DNA of 64,000 nt, taken from positions 3,671 to 67,670 of the forward strand of contig CAYOOO010000006.1 of the NCBI GenBank assembly GCA_964405655.1. The letters are read 5' to 3'. This DNA is from an uncultured Gammaproteobacteria bacterium. Its GTDB lineage: Bacteria > Patescibacteriota > Microgenomatia > Daviesbacterales > UBA10151. The notes beneath the pieces were generated by a model. That model was not told the origin of the DNA and did no database searches. It saw only the letters and a program-made list of their open reading frames with translations. Shown in pieces: positions 1 to 10,466 of this stretch (position 1 is the first letter of the stretch; each line of letters starts with the position of its first letter). The translations under genes and the position numbers were made by a program.

Positions 1-1839
1 GTTAGGTTTGATAATGTTAAAGTAACTACTTTGAACCCACCACCAGATCCATTTTTAGAGCTACCCTGGGACTATCAAGCTAAGGGGTTAAGCTTCAGTG
101 ATGCTGCAAATTCCATAAATTCATTTTTTGATCACGAGTATCCTCTGTTAAGTAGTGGACTAAGTGAACCACTAGAGATGAATAATTCAATTATTTTTTA
201 CAGAGATGGCGGAAGGTCATTTAATATGGATTACTCTTCTCATGATGGGTATGATTATGGATTACCAGCCAAAGTTAATCTAGAAGATCCTGTTCTAGCA
301 GCTGCTAGCGGTTGGGCAACCTACATGAACTCTTGCGGAGCTTGCGGTAATGCTATCCTAATTGATCATGGGAACGGTTATCAAACCAGGTATTATCATC
401 TTTTGAAAGATGGATTAGTGACAAATGTTTCTGGAAACAAAGTCTGGGTTAACTCAGGACAAGTAATAGGAAAAGTTGGTAGTACTGGTAGATCAACAGG
501 GGCGCATATCCATTTTATGGTGATACAAGATAAAAATAAAGATGGTAACTTTGAAGATAATATCCCTGATGGAATAACGGACCCTTTTGGCTGGCAATCA
601 GACAAGTTAGACCCGTGGCCTTTATATAGCTATAACTATACTGGTAAGAGAAGAACAGGTAATATAAGCTATTATCTTTGGAAAAATAAAATAGATGATT
701 TATCCCAAAATTTATCCAGTAATGGAGGGGTGTTTAAATTAGGAAAATATACCCTTGATTTTCCAGAAGATGCAACAGACCAGAGCTTAAATTTAGAAAT
801 AAAGTCCTCCCCTACCTCAAAACTTTCAAAGACTGTTAAGTCAATTGGAACTAATATAGTAGCTACTGTCAAAGATACTACTGGAAAAATTATCAGTAAA
901 TTTAAAAAGCTTTTTACAATTAAGTTAGATTTTAGTGGAATAAATTTATCAAAATATAAAAAGGAAACAATTTCTTTTTACTCAAGCGAAGATGGTGTGA
1001 ATTGGACCAAGGAAAATACTAATTTAGATCTAGCAAACAATTCTGCTGCTACTCAGGTAGACCATATGAGCTATTTTGCCTTAATGGCTGAGCGGATAGA
1101 TACTAGTCCTCCAACTACAATCCCTGTTTTTAAAGGCCAAATGGGAAAACAAAACTGGTTTAGGTCTGATGTGCAACTATCTTTTGAAGCTTTGGATAGC
1201 GGTTTAGGAGTAGATTATACGCTGTATAAATTAGAGGGAGGGGATTGGGAGATTTACAAAGACCCGCTTAGTTTTAGTAAAGCAGGGCATTTTAAAGTTA
1301 AGTTTTATTCAGCTGACAATGATGAAAATTTGGAAGATGTTAAATCTATTGAGTTTGATATTGATAAAAGTGCACCAGAGGCAAGAATTTTTATAGATCA
1401 AAATAGCAAAGATTTGGTTTTAGAAGGCATAGATAATAAAGAAACTGAGGTTCAAAAAACCAATAGTAAAAAAGCAAATGAGGCTAATTATCTTATCTCA
1501 GATCTGGCTGGAAATAGTCTAAAACTAGAAGTTAAAGATTTAGATAAAAGTAATTTAGATTTACTAAAAATTTATTCTTTAGACTACAATGATAATCCAA
1601 TAATTAAACTAGCTGATAATTCGCTTACTGTTAATTATATTGTGAATCCCAAGGATCCAAAAAAGACCATCATCCAGACTCAACAACTGCAAATAAATAA
1701 CAAAACAAACATAGTCATTAAGTATGACGCCTTAAAGAATCAAAGTTTAATAATAGATAAAAACTCCAAAACTTATAAAAGCGGGATGGTCTTGTTGCAA
1801 CTTAGTACTAATCAAGGTAACCTAGAATATAGATATTAA
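1..1839 (+). CDS. M23 family metallopeptidase surface protein with C-terminal beta-rich/Ig-like domains (5'-partial)
   Basis: M23 motifs HDGYD (HxxxD), YYHL and STGAHIHF (HxH). C-terminal DTSPPTT...WFRSDV...YSADNDENLE is Ig-like. The frame is open back to base 1 (VRFDNVKVTT), so the true start lies upstream of the window. Confidence 0.85.
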   Translation, partial: VRFDNVKVTTLNPPPDPFLELPWDYQAKGLSFSDAANSINSFFDHEYPLLSSGLSEPLEMNNSIIFYRDGGRSFNMDYSSHDGYDYGLPAKVNLEDPVLAAASGWATYMNSCGACGNAILIDHGNGYQTRYYHLLKDGLVTNVSGNKVWVNSGQVIGKVGSTGRSTGAHIHFMVIQDKNKDGNFEDNIPDGITDPFGWQSDKLDPWPLYSYNYTGKRRTGNISYYLWKNKIDDLSQNLSSNGGVFKLGKYTLDFPEDATDQSLNLEIKSSPTSKLSKTVKSIGTNIVATVKDTTGKIISKFKKLFTIKLDFSGINLSKYKKETISFYSSEDGVNWTKENTNLDLANNSAATQVDHMSYFALMAERIDTSPPTTIPVFKGQMGKQNWFRSDVQLSFEALDSGLGVDYTLYKLEGGDWEIYKDPLSFSKAGHFKVKFYSADNDENLEDVKSIEFDIDKSAPEARIFIDQNSKDLVLEGIDNKETEVQKTNSKKANEANYLISDLAGNSLKLEVKDLDKSNLDLLKIYSLDYNDNPIIKLADNSLTVNYIVNPKDPKKTIIQTQQLQINNKTNIVIKYDALKNQSLIIDKNSKTYKSGMVLLQLSTNQGNLEYRY

Positions 1840-1840
1840 T

Positions 1841-2374
1841 ATGAGAGTTTTAATAATTCTAACTCTACTTATTACTTTTATTATTTTAGGCTCATTCTAT
1901 CTTAGATATAATAAGCAAGCTCCTAAAATTGACAACCTTCCATCTTTACAGAGTTCTTCACCTTTTAAATCGAAAATCGATTCTGATTATTTATCGAAAA
2001 CTTTTGATTCAAAGACTATGAAATTTACTATACAAATACCTTCTAAATATACCATCCAAGATAACTCTCTTTCTGTGGATCTAGTTTTAGATAATTTAAA
2101 GATTAATATTACTAGAAATGGGACGAATTTTAGTAATCTTTCAGATTATATTAAAGATTTTAATTCTAAGAGGAGATTTGATTTAAAAGTATCTAAAAAA
2201 GAGTCGATTAATGGATACGATAGTTTATCGAGGTTAATCATATTACCAGATAATACTAATCAAAAGTCCTATTATATTTATGTGGACCATTGGGTCTATT
2301 CCCTTTCTACTTCTTCTGAGGCTCTTTATAGTGATTTAGATCAGATTGCTAAGTCTTTTAAATATAACCCCTAA
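1841..2374 (+). CDS. Membrane-anchored hypothetical protein, possibly PsbP-like fold
   Basis: N-terminal hydrophobic helix, Ser/Pro linker, FTIQIP and C-terminal LDQIAKSFKY pattern typical of PsbP-like extracytoplasmic domains. Confidence 0.55.
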   Translation: MRVLIILTLLITFIILGSFYLRYNKQAPKIDNLPSLQSSSPFKSKIDSDYLSKTFDSKTMKFTIQIPSKYTIQDNSLSVDLVLDNLKINITRNGTNFSNLSDYIKDFNSKRRFDLKVSKKESINGYDSLSRLIILPDNTNQKSYYIYVDHWVYSLSTSSEALYSDLDQIAKSFKYNP

Positions 2375-2413
2375 TCCTTGCCTTTTTGCTTTGCAAAAAC
2401 GTAATATATTAAT

Positions 2414-3973
2414 GTGAAGTTGATTAGAAAATATAAGTTTGAAATCCTTACCTTTTTAGTTGTCTCTATAGTCTACTTTGCTGCTAGAATCCCAAATTTG
2501 ACTTTGCAGCCTATTTTTGCAGATGAGGCAATTTATGTTAGATGGGCCCAAGTGATGAGAGCTGAACCTACTCTAAGGTTTTTACCCCTGTCTGATGGGA
2601 AAACACCCTTATTTATGTGGACTATGATCCCCCTTTTTAAAATTTTTTCTGACCCCCTCTTTGCTGGCAGGTTTTTATCTGTTATCTCAGGATATTTTAG
2701 CTTAATAGGGGTACTCTTTTTAGGCTGGAAGTTTTTTGGTGAGCAACTTACTCTATCAGGTAAAAGAGTTGGATTTTTAGCAGCAGCCTTGGTTGCTATT
2801 ACCCCCTTTATGGTCTTTTTTGACAGAATGGCTTTAGTGGATTCAATGTTGGCAGCTTTTTCTATCTGGTCTTTGAATTTAGCAATTTACCTGATTAAAT
2901 CTCCCAGATTAGATGTCTCAATGTTTTTAGGTTATGCACTGGGTGGAGGAGTCTTAACCAAACCACCTGGCTTTTTTAATGTACTCTCTCTCCCCCTTAC
3001 TCTATTCTTATTTAATTGGAAGGACAAGGAAAGACAGAAAAATATTATTAGAATTTTTGGATATTGGCTAATAGCTATTTTTATATCCCTAGTTATCTAT
3101 AATGTTTTAAGATTAGGACCAGGTTTTGTTAATTTAAACTCAAGAAATCAGGACTATGTTAGGTCTCCTGGAGAATTATTAATTAGACCTTGGGATCCGC
3201 TGCTGCCCCACTTTAGAGATTTAGTGGGTATTAGTTTAAGTTTTTTTGGGTTACCTATTTCCCTGGCTATTATTTTAGGAATTTTAATGGCTTTAATTAA
3301 AAGAAATAGCCTGTCAATTACTATTTTACTTTGGGCTCTCTTTCCTCTAATTGTTCAGATGGTCATACTCAAAACTTTTACTGCCCGCTATGTACTTTTT
3401 TCTTTGCCTCCCCTATTGACTTTGGCTGCATGGGCTATTTTGGAAATTTTTAATCTTAAATTTTTTAAGTTGATTTATTTTAGAGTAGCTTTGCTTATAA
3501 TAATTATTGCTTGGCCTGTTTACTTTTTAGGAACTCTTTTAACTAACCCTGAATCTGCACCTCTTTTTAGGAATGAGAGAAGAGGTTACTTAGAAGACTG
3601 GACTGCAGGTTATGGATTAAAAGATATTGCCCAGTTCTTAGACCAAAAGTCTAAGGAAGGTTTTGTAGTTGTGGGAACTGAGGGAAGTTTTGGAACACTA
3701 CCCGATGGACTACAAATTTATTTAGATAGAAATAGGCAGGTGGCAGTGGTGGGAGGAAGAGCAACTGTTTCAGCTCAATTGCGACAAGCCTCAACTGAGC
3801 ACCCAACTTATTTTGTTACCAATAAATCCCGTTATCAAATTTTAGATAGGGAAATTGAATTGATTAAAGAGTACAAAAAAGCTGTCCCAACAAATAGCGA
3901 ATTTATGCAGGATGCAATGTTACTTTTTCAAGTATTTCCCCTAAAAGAAGCTTCTCCCTCAGCTAAGAATTAA
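2414..3973 (+). CDS. GT-C fold glycosyltransferase (PMT_2/ArnT-like)
   Basis: Polytopic membrane protein with PIFADEAIY acidic motif in the first external loop, GKTPLFMW, FDRMALVDSM and a soluble C-terminal domain. Confidence 0.8.
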   Translation: MKLIRKYKFEILTFLVVSIVYFAARIPNLTLQPIFADEAIYVRWAQVMRAEPTLRFLPLSDGKTPLFMWTMIPLFKIFSDPLFAGRFLSVISGYFSLIGVLFLGWKFFGEQLTLSGKRVGFLAAALVAITPFMVFFDRMALVDSMLAAFSIWSLNLAIYLIKSPRLDVSMFLGYALGGGVLTKPPGFFNVLSLPLTLFLFNWKDKERQKNIIRIFGYWLIAIFISLVIYNVLRLGPGFVNLNSRNQDYVRSPGELLIRPWDPLLPHFRDLVGISLSFFGLPISLAIILGILMALIKRNSLSITILLWALFPLIVQMVILKTFTARYVLFSLPPLLTLAAWAILEIFNLKFFKLIYFRVALLIIIIAWPVYFLGTLLTNPESAPLFRNERRGYLEDWTAGYGLKDIAQFLDQKSKEGFVVVGTEGSFGTLPDGLQIYLDRNRQVAVVGGRATVSAQLRQASTEHPTYFVTNKSRYQILDREIELIKEYKKAVPTNSEFMQDAMLLFQVFPLKEASPSAKN

Positions 3974-5400
3974 TGGATTTACAAGAACTAAATAAACGAC
4001 TAATATCTGGATTTTTAACTTTAACTTTTAGAAGGGCTGCGCTTTACGCCATCAGATTTGCAACCATTAATTTAATTTTGGCTAGGATTTTGGAGCCAGG
4101 AGTTATTGGTATTTTTAATATTGCTAATTCGATCCTTGCCTTCTTTACTTTTTTTTCTGATATAGGACTGGCAGCAGCGCTGATTCAAAAAAAAGAGCTT
4201 AGTAAAGAAGATTTAAAAACAACCTTTACTATACAAGTAATTTTGGCTGGTTTGGTCAGTTTAATGGTTTGGATAATTGCTCCAATCATTGCGCCTTTTT
4301 ACTCACTAGATAGTAGTGGTATTTGGTTGGTGAGGGCTCTGAGCATTGGCTTTTTACTTACTTCATTCAAAGTTCTCCCGTCAGTTTTACTTGAACGGGA
4401 ATTAAAATTTGGACCATTAGTTTTTGTTGAAATAGTGGAAACTTTAGCTTTTTGCTCAAGCTTGATTTGGCTAAGTTTTTCTGGATTTGAGATCAACGGA
4501 TTTAGCATCTCGACTCTTTTGCAAAGTATTACTGGGGTAATATTAATCTACACCATTGCTCCTTGGAGAATCTCTTTAGGTTTCTCAAAAGCTGCTGCTA
4601 AGTCATTATTAAATTTTGGTATCCCTTTTCAACTTAATTCAATACTGGCACTTTTAAAGGATAGATTAGTGCCATTGGTAATTGCTAATATTGTTGGTCC
4701 AACAGGAGTAGGCTTTATTACTTGGGCTCAAGGAATAGCCTTTTTACCACTTGAGGTAATGAACATTATTATCAGAATTACTTTTCCAGCCTTCTCAAGA
4801 TTACAGGATGATCGGAGGTCTCTTAAGCTAACTTTAGAAAAATCGCTTTTTGTAACAGCACTTTTTTTATACCCACTTTTATTTGGACTGTTGGCAATTG
4901 CCCCCTCACTTGTTAAAGAAGTTGTCTCAAGTAAATGGCAGCCAGCTTTACCGTTAATTTATCTTTTCGCAGTTAATACTTTTTGGGCAACTCTTTCGAC
5001 TGTTTTTACAAATGTTCTAAACTCTATTGGGAAGATTAGTATCACCTTAAAATTAATGATTTTTTGGACGATCATCACTTGGTTACTGACACCACCACTA
5101 ACGCTTATCTTTGGTTTTATTGGAGTTGCCATTGCTTCGGCGATTATTTCTTTTACCTCACTTTTACCAATAATTATTATCAAAAAAATTATTAATGTTG
5201 AGATTGTCAAAAGTATCTGGCAACCAATTTTGGCCTCAGCAGTTATGGCTCTAGTAGTTTACTTGTTCTCATCAATCTATGTTAGAAACCTTCTTGAACT
5301 TTTGGTGGTAGTTTTAATGGGTGGATTTATTTATCTTCTACTAATAATTATAATTGCTCAAAAAGCCATCAAAGAAAATATCGGACAGTTTAAAATATAA
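3973..5400 (+). CDS. wzx: Wzx-type oligosaccharide flippase (MOP/PST family)
   Basis: About 12-14 TM helices with LARILEP..IG, FSDIGLAAALIQKK and ITFPAFSRLQDD signatures. Confidence 0.9.
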   Translation: MDLQELNKRLISGFLTLTFRRAALYAIRFATINLILARILEPGVIGIFNIANSILAFFTFFSDIGLAAALIQKKELSKEDLKTTFTIQVILAGLVSLMVWIIAPIIAPFYSLDSSGIWLVRALSIGFLLTSFKVLPSVLLERELKFGPLVFVEIVETLAFCSSLIWLSFSGFEINGFSISTLLQSITGVILIYTIAPWRISLGFSKAAAKSLLNFGIPFQLNSILALLKDRLVPLVIANIVGPTGVGFITWAQGIAFLPLEVMNIIIRITFPAFSRLQDDRRSLKLTLEKSLFVTALFLYPLLFGLLAIAPSLVKEVVSSKWQPALPLIYLFAVNTFWATLSTVFTNVLNSIGKISITLKLMIFWTIITWLLTPPLTLIFGFIGVAIASAIISFTSLLPIIIIKKIINVEIVKSIWQPILASAVMALVVYLFSSIYVRNLLELLVVVLMGGFIYLLLIIIIAQKAIKENIGQFKI

Positions 5401-5444
5401 TGAGTTTAAAGAAACTTAATTAGGCCCCTTTTGAGCCACTCTTA

Positions 5445-5473
5445 TTGATTAATTAGGTCTATAAATTTAAGAT
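5445..5473 (+). promoter_or_regulatory. Putative sigma70 promoter, near-leaderless
   Basis: TTGATT-17 nt-TAAGAT, ending 7 nt before the ATG at 5481, with no SD sequence. Confidence 0.5.
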
Positions 5474-5480
5474 TAATTTA

Positions 5481-6392
5481 ATGAACGGAAAGATAACAGT
5501 TATTATTAATACGCTTAATGAAGAAAAGAATATTGAAAGGGCAATTAAAAGCGTAGATTGGGCTGATGAAATTTTGGTTTGTGATATGCACTCAGATGAC
5601 CAAACTGCGGTCTTAGCTAAAAGGTTGGGAGCAACTGTTTTTTTTCATAAAAGAACCGGTTATGTTGAGCCAGCACGCAACTTTACTATCTCTAAGGCTT
5701 CGCATGAATGGATCTTGATTTTGGATGCGGATGAAGAAATACCCGAAAGTCTGGCAGGTAGACTTAAGGAAATGGTTAGGAAGCCGATAGTTTCAACCTT
5801 TGTGGAAATACCCAGAAAAAATATTATCTTCGGAAAGTGGATGAAAGCTTCAATGTGGTGGCCTGATTACAATATTAGATTTTTTAAATCTGGCTTTGTT
5901 ACTTGGGGCGACAAGATTCACCGCCCACCCAAAACAGAAGGTCAAGGGATTAAATTACCAGCTGAGGAAAGGTGGGCAATTATCCACCATCATTATCAGA
6001 CAATTAGTCAGTTTGTTGAGCGGATGAACCGCTATAGTGATATTCAAGCTAGGCAGCTGAGACAAGAGGGTGTTGAATTTAACTGGACAGATTTAATTAA
6101 TAAACCATTAAGTGAGTTTCTAGGCAGGTTTTTTGCCAATAGAGGATTTCAAGATGGACTGCATGGATTAGCACTTTCCTTATTGCAAGCCTTATCCTTT
6201 GTCTTAGTTTATCTTAAACTTTGGCAAATGGATGAGTTTAAACATCAAGAAATAAAGTTAGAAGACTTCAAAACAGAGACCAATAAGGGTGGGGAAGAGA
6301 TAGATTACTGGTTCAAATACGGCAACCTGTCTAAGAACCCAATTAAAAAATTCTTGCAAAGAGTCAAAAATAAGAACCCTTTTAGCTCGTAG
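5481..6392 (+). CDS. GT2 glycosyltransferase (KdtX/beta-1,4-glucosyltransferase-like)
   Basis: TLNEEKNI, DEILVCDMHSDD, ILILDADE (DxD), WWPDYNIRFF, GFQDGLHG. Confidence 0.9.
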   Translation: MNGKITVIINTLNEEKNIERAIKSVDWADEILVCDMHSDDQTAVLAKRLGATVFFHKRTGYVEPARNFTISKASHEWILILDADEEIPESLAGRLKEMVRKPIVSTFVEIPRKNIIFGKWMKASMWWPDYNIRFFKSGFVTWGDKIHRPPKTEGQGIKLPAEERWAIIHHHYQTISQFVERMNRYSDIQARQLRQEGVEFNWTDLINKPLSEFLGRFFANRGFQDGLHGLALSLLQALSFVLVYLKLWQMDEFKHQEIKLEDFKTETNKGGEEIDYWFKYGNLSKNPIKKFLQRVKNKNPFSS

Positions 6393-6457
6393 TATAAATA
6401 ACGATACTACTCTCATAAAAGGAACCTTGCCTTCGCCTTTGGCGAACTTAAATTCTA

Positions 6458-7309
6458 ATGAAAAAAGTTGGAGTAGTAATTCTCAACTATAAGGTAAAAG
6501 ACTATGCAGTCAGATGTCTTAAGTCAGTTATAAACAGCTCATATAAAAATCTAAAAATTTATCTTGTGGATAACAATTCTGAGGATGGGATTGAGAGTGA
6601 GTTGGATAAATATAATAAGGTTATCTTTATTCAGACAGGTGCTAACTTAGGATATACTGGTGGAAATAATATAGGTATTAAAACAGCTTTAAGTGAAAGT
6701 TGCGACTATGTTTTTATTCTTAATCCAGATACAGAAGTAGCAAAAGATACCATTGAAATCCTAATGACTAAAGCAGATGAGTATCAGGCAGGTATTGTTA
6801 CCCCAAAGATTTATTATGGTCAGACTAACATTATCTGGTATGCAGGTAAGAAACTTGATTTGGATAATGTTTTAGGAGTTCACATTGGAGTTGATCAGCA
6901 AGATCAGGGTCAATTTGATCAAGATAGGGAAACAGATGACATTACTGGTGCAGCAATGTTTATAGGTAAGGAAGTCTTTGAAAAAGTTGGTCTGTTGGAC
7001 GAGAAATATTTCCTGTATTATGAAGAGAGCGATTTTGCCTATCGGGCCAAAAAGATGGGATTTAAGCTAATGTATATTTACTCTGCTAGAGTCTATCATG
7101 ACAATGCTAAAGCTACAGGCTTAGGTTCACCTCTTCAAGATTACTTTATAACTCGCAACCGAATGCTCTTTGCTTCAAAATTCCTATCCCTTAGGACTCA
7201 GTTTGCATTATTTAGAGAAGCAATGAGAAATTTTAAAAACAAAACCAGAAGACAAGCCTTAGTAGATTTTTTAACAGGAAATTTTGGTAAAGGAAGTTTT
7301 TTGAAATGA
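6458..7309 (+). CDS. GT2 glycosyltransferase (WbbL-like)
   Basis: VILNY, VDNNSED, NLGYTGGNN, LNPDT, GAAMFI, YFLYYEESD. Confidence 0.9.
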   Translation: MKKVGVVILNYKVKDYAVRCLKSVINSSYKNLKIYLVDNNSEDGIESELDKYNKVIFIQTGANLGYTGGNNIGIKTALSESCDYVFILNPDTEVAKDTIEILMTKADEYQAGIVTPKIYYGQTNIIWYAGKKLDLDNVLGVHIGVDQQDQGQFDQDRETDDITGAAMFIGKEVFEKVGLLDEKYFLYYEESDFAYRAKKMGFKLMYIYSARVYHDNAKATGLGSPLQDYFITRNRMLFASKFLSLRTQFALFREAMRNFKNKTRRQALVDFLTGNFGKGSFLK

Positions 7310-8109
7310 TCTCAGTAGTTTTAATTACTAAAGATGAAGAAAAAATGCTAAAAGGCTGTTTGGAATCAGTCAAGTGGGCGGATGAAGTTGTGATTGTTGA
7401 CAACGGTTCAACGGATAAGACCTTAGAAATTGCCAAAAATTATACTGATAAGATTTTTAATTCAGCAGAGCTTGATTATGCTTGGCTTCGCAATTTAGGA
7501 ATGGAAAAATCTAAAGGAGATTGGGTGCTCTATGTAGATGCTGATGAAAGAATACTCTCTGAACTGAAAATGGAACTTATTGATTTGGTTAATCAGACAG
7601 ATTGCTCTGCATTTGCACTCTCTAGGAGGAATATTATTTTTGGTACTGAGGTCAGTTATGGTCCTTTTAAAAAAGATTGGATGATTAAACTTCTTAAAAG
7701 AGCAGATTTTGAGACATGGGTAGGAAAGGTCCATGAATATGCCAAGTTCAAAGGTAAAGTAGGCTATAGCCAAAATTCTTTACTTCACTTAACTCATCGT
7801 GGAATAGATCAAATAGTTGCTAAAAGTTTAATTTGGTCAAAAATTGATGCTAAGTTAAGACTTGAGGCGCATCATCCTAAGATGAGTTCTTGGCGTTTTT
7901 TTAGAATTCTCATAACAGAACTTTTTTATCAGGGGGTCATAAGGAGGGGATTTTTTGCAGGTACAATCGGGGTTATGGATTCAATACTGCAAACCTTTAG
8001 TTTATTAATAACCTATGTCAGACTATGGGAGTTGCAGCAGCCAAAGAATCTTGAGGAAATTTATCAGGAGATTGATAGAAAACTGATTGAAAATAACTTT
8101 AAATTTTAA
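7306..8109 (+). CDS. GT2 glycosyltransferase (KdtX-like)
   Basis: ITKDEE, VDNGSTDKT, YVDADE, GKVHE. Confidence 0.9.
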   Translation: MISVVLITKDEEKMLKGCLESVKWADEVVIVDNGSTDKTLEIAKNYTDKIFNSAELDYAWLRNLGMEKSKGDWVLYVDADERILSELKMELIDLVNQTDCSAFALSRRNIIFGTEVSYGPFKKDWMIKLLKRADFETWVGKVHEYAKFKGKVGYSQNSLLHLTHRGIDQIVAKSLIWSKIDAKLRLEAHHPKMSSWRFFRILITELFYQGVIRRGFFAGTIGVMDSILQTFSLLITYVRLWELQQPKNLEEIYQEIDRKLIENNFKF

Positions 8110-8113
8110 TTTG

Positions 8114-9196
8114 ATGAGAGTTGGAATTTATACACCCTATCTTGATACTTTTGGTGGAGGCGAGCGATACATGCTAACCATCGCAGAAATTCTGTCCAAA
8201 GATCATGAGGTTGAACTGCTAGTTGGTACAAATTTCTTAAATAAAGATGTAGAAAGATTAAAGGAAGATTTATCCATTCATCTAAATATAGACTTATCAA
8301 GAATAAAGATTGTTTCAGCTCCGATTGGAGAAGGAAGCAGTTTTTTATTAAGACTTCTTTTTTTGAAAAAATACAATTTACTTTTTTGTTTAACAGACGG
8401 AAGTATCTTTTATTCAACTGCTGGTAAGAATATTTTACATATTCAAACACCCATCTTTAATGATCAGCTAGATGCAGTTTGGAATAGGATTAAGTTATCA
8501 AGTTGGGATTTAGTAATCTTCAATTCGGAATTTACCAAAAATAATATCTTTGGATATCAAAAGATAAAAAGTAAAGTTATATATCCACCTGTTAATACGG
8601 AAGTTATCAGGCCTTTTGATAAAAAGAAACAAATTTTATCAGTCGGTAGGTTTTTTGGATTTCTAAGGGAAAAAAAGCATGAAATCATGATCAAAGTGTT
8701 CAAAGATTTGTTGGGAGAAAGAAAGGCTAAAGGTTGGAGTTTGCACTTAGTTGGGTCTGCCTCTTTGGGAGATAAAATCTATATTGATGAACTGAAAAAT
8801 TTAACTACAAATTTACCGATATTTTTTTATCCTAATTTAAAGTTTAGTAACCTCATTAAGCTATACGGAGAATCGAGTATTTATTGGCACGCTGCAGGTT
8901 TCGGGGAAGAAGACCCATCTAAAATGGAACATTTTGGGATAACAGTGGTTGAAGCGATGGCAGCAGGATGTGTACCAGTGGTCATAAATAAAGGTGGACT
9001 AAAAGAAATTATTGAGGATAAAAAATCAGGATATTTTTGGAATGAGGTAAATGAGTTAAAAGAAATAACGCTTAATCTTATTGCCAATCCTAAAAAAATG
9101 AGATCTCTTTCTAAACAAGCCGAAAAGCGTGGTCAAAATTTTTCCAAAGCAGAATTTACCAAGAAGCTGTTATCAACCATCAATGAAGTTGTTTAG
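8114..9196 (+). CDS. GT4 glycosyltransferase
   Basis: GGGERY, SVGRF, EHFGITVVEAMAAG (Ex7E). Start moved from 8087 to the ATG at 8114 (MRVGIY). Confidence 0.9.
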   Translation: MRVGIYTPYLDTFGGGERYMLTIAEILSKDHEVELLVGTNFLNKDVERLKEDLSIHLNIDLSRIKIVSAPIGEGSSFLLRLLFLKKYNLLFCLTDGSIFYSTAGKNILHIQTPIFNDQLDAVWNRIKLSSWDLVIFNSEFTKNNIFGYQKIKSKVIYPPVNTEVIRPFDKKKQILSVGRFFGFLREKKHEIMIKVFKDLLGERKAKGWSLHLVGSASLGDKIYIDELKNLTTNLPIFFYPNLKFSNLIKLYGESSIYWHAAGFGEEDPSKMEHFGITVVEAMAAGCVPVVINKGGLKEIIEDKKSGYFWNEVNELKEITLNLIANPKKMRSLSKQAEKRGQNFSKAEFTKKLLSTINEVV

Positions 9197-10466
9197 ATTA
9201 AAATCTGAATCTTTCCTACTCTGTTTAGTGTTAACGATCTCACTTATTTTTTATCTTTTTGTTAGTCTGCCTTACTACTCAGGGGATGTCAAAAATCATC
9301 TGGTTTGGGCAAATAGTATTTTAGAAGATGGCCCAGAGGGTTTATATGACAGAAATTTTCATGATTTTGCATATCCTAATTATCCGCCAGTAGCTATGCT
9401 TCTTTTTGCTTTTTTTCAGCAGCTTTATAAATTGACAGATCAATTTGTTTGGTTTTTAAATACCCTAATTCCCCAATTTCCATCAAACTGGGTCTATTTT
9501 GTCAGATGGGAAAATGTCAATATAACCTTTTTAAAGCTGCCTGCAATTTTAGCTAATATTTTTATTGGATTTGGAATATATCTGTTTTACAAATTGCTAA
9601 AACCAAATGCAAAATTTAAAGAAAAAATTACGATTGTATTATTATTTCTATTAAACCCTGCCTCTGTTTACATATCAGCAATTTGGGGTCAAATTGACAC
9701 CTTACCTTTAGCTTTTGTTCTACTGGCTTTTTATTTTGCAGTTAGGAAAAAAACATTATTAGCTTTTTTTCTGTCAACGCTGGCTCTTCTGAGTAAACAA
9801 ACAATTATAATTTTTTGGATAATTTTTTTAATCTACTGTTTAAAGTCAATGCCAATTAAATCGGTTATAAAAGGATTAGTACTAACAGTAGTGGTTTTTT
9901 ATTTGTCTTATTTACCTTTTCATCAACCTTCTCTAATTTGGCCGATTAATCTATATCAGACTAATTTTTCTCTTGTTTCCTACTCTACTGGTCCAAGTGT
10001 GATTAACCTCTGGGGAATCTTATCTGATTTTAAAGGAGTAAGTGATTTAGATAAATTTTTAGGGGTTAGCTATCACAGCTTAAGCATAATTTTATTTTCA
10101 ATCGTCTTTTTACCTTTACTATTTGTCTTCATAAAAAGAAAAGTGAAAAACTTTGAGCTTATCCACTTTCTCTTTTTAACAACTGCTCTATACTTTTTGC
10201 TTTTAACTAGAATGCATGAGCGGTATTTAATTCCAATAGTGGTTTTCAGTGCACTTGCCTTCTATCAAAGAAGAATAGGCACTTTTAATTATCTGTTTTT
10301 TGGGATACTTCACTTTATTAACCTTTATAGAAATCTTCTTCAGCCTGATATTCCTCTTTTGGTTTTTTTAGCAGACAGTGTTATAGTTCTTCAAGCTCTA
10401 ACAGTAATTTATTTTGTGACAACATTTTATAATTACCTAATATTTTTAAAAACCAGGAATGATTAG
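9183..10466 (+). CDS. GT-C fold membrane glycosyltransferase (ALG6/PIG-M/DUF2029-like)
   Basis: Polytopic protein with YPNYPP, LKLPAILA, LNPA..ISAIWGQID and TRMHERY motifs. Start moved to the ATG at 9183. Confidence 0.75.
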   Translation: MKLFRLKSESFLLCLVLTISLIFYLFVSLPYYSGDVKNHLVWANSILEDGPEGLYDRNFHDFAYPNYPPVAMLLFAFFQQLYKLTDQFVWFLNTLIPQFPSNWVYFVRWENVNITFLKLPAILANIFIGFGIYLFYKLLKPNAKFKEKITIVLLFLLNPASVYISAIWGQIDTLPLAFVLLAFYFAVRKKTLLAFFLSTLALLSKQTIIIFWIIFLIYCLKSMPIKSVIKGLVLTVVVFYLSYLPFHQPSLIWPINLYQTNFSLVSYSTGPSVINLWGILSDFKGVSDLDKFLGVSYHSLSIILFSIVFLPLLFVFIKRKVKNFELIHFLFLTTALYFLLLTRMHERYLIPIVVFSALAFYQRRIGTFNYLFFGILHFINLYRNLLQPDIPLLVFLADSVIVLQALTVIYFVTTFYNYLIFLKTRND

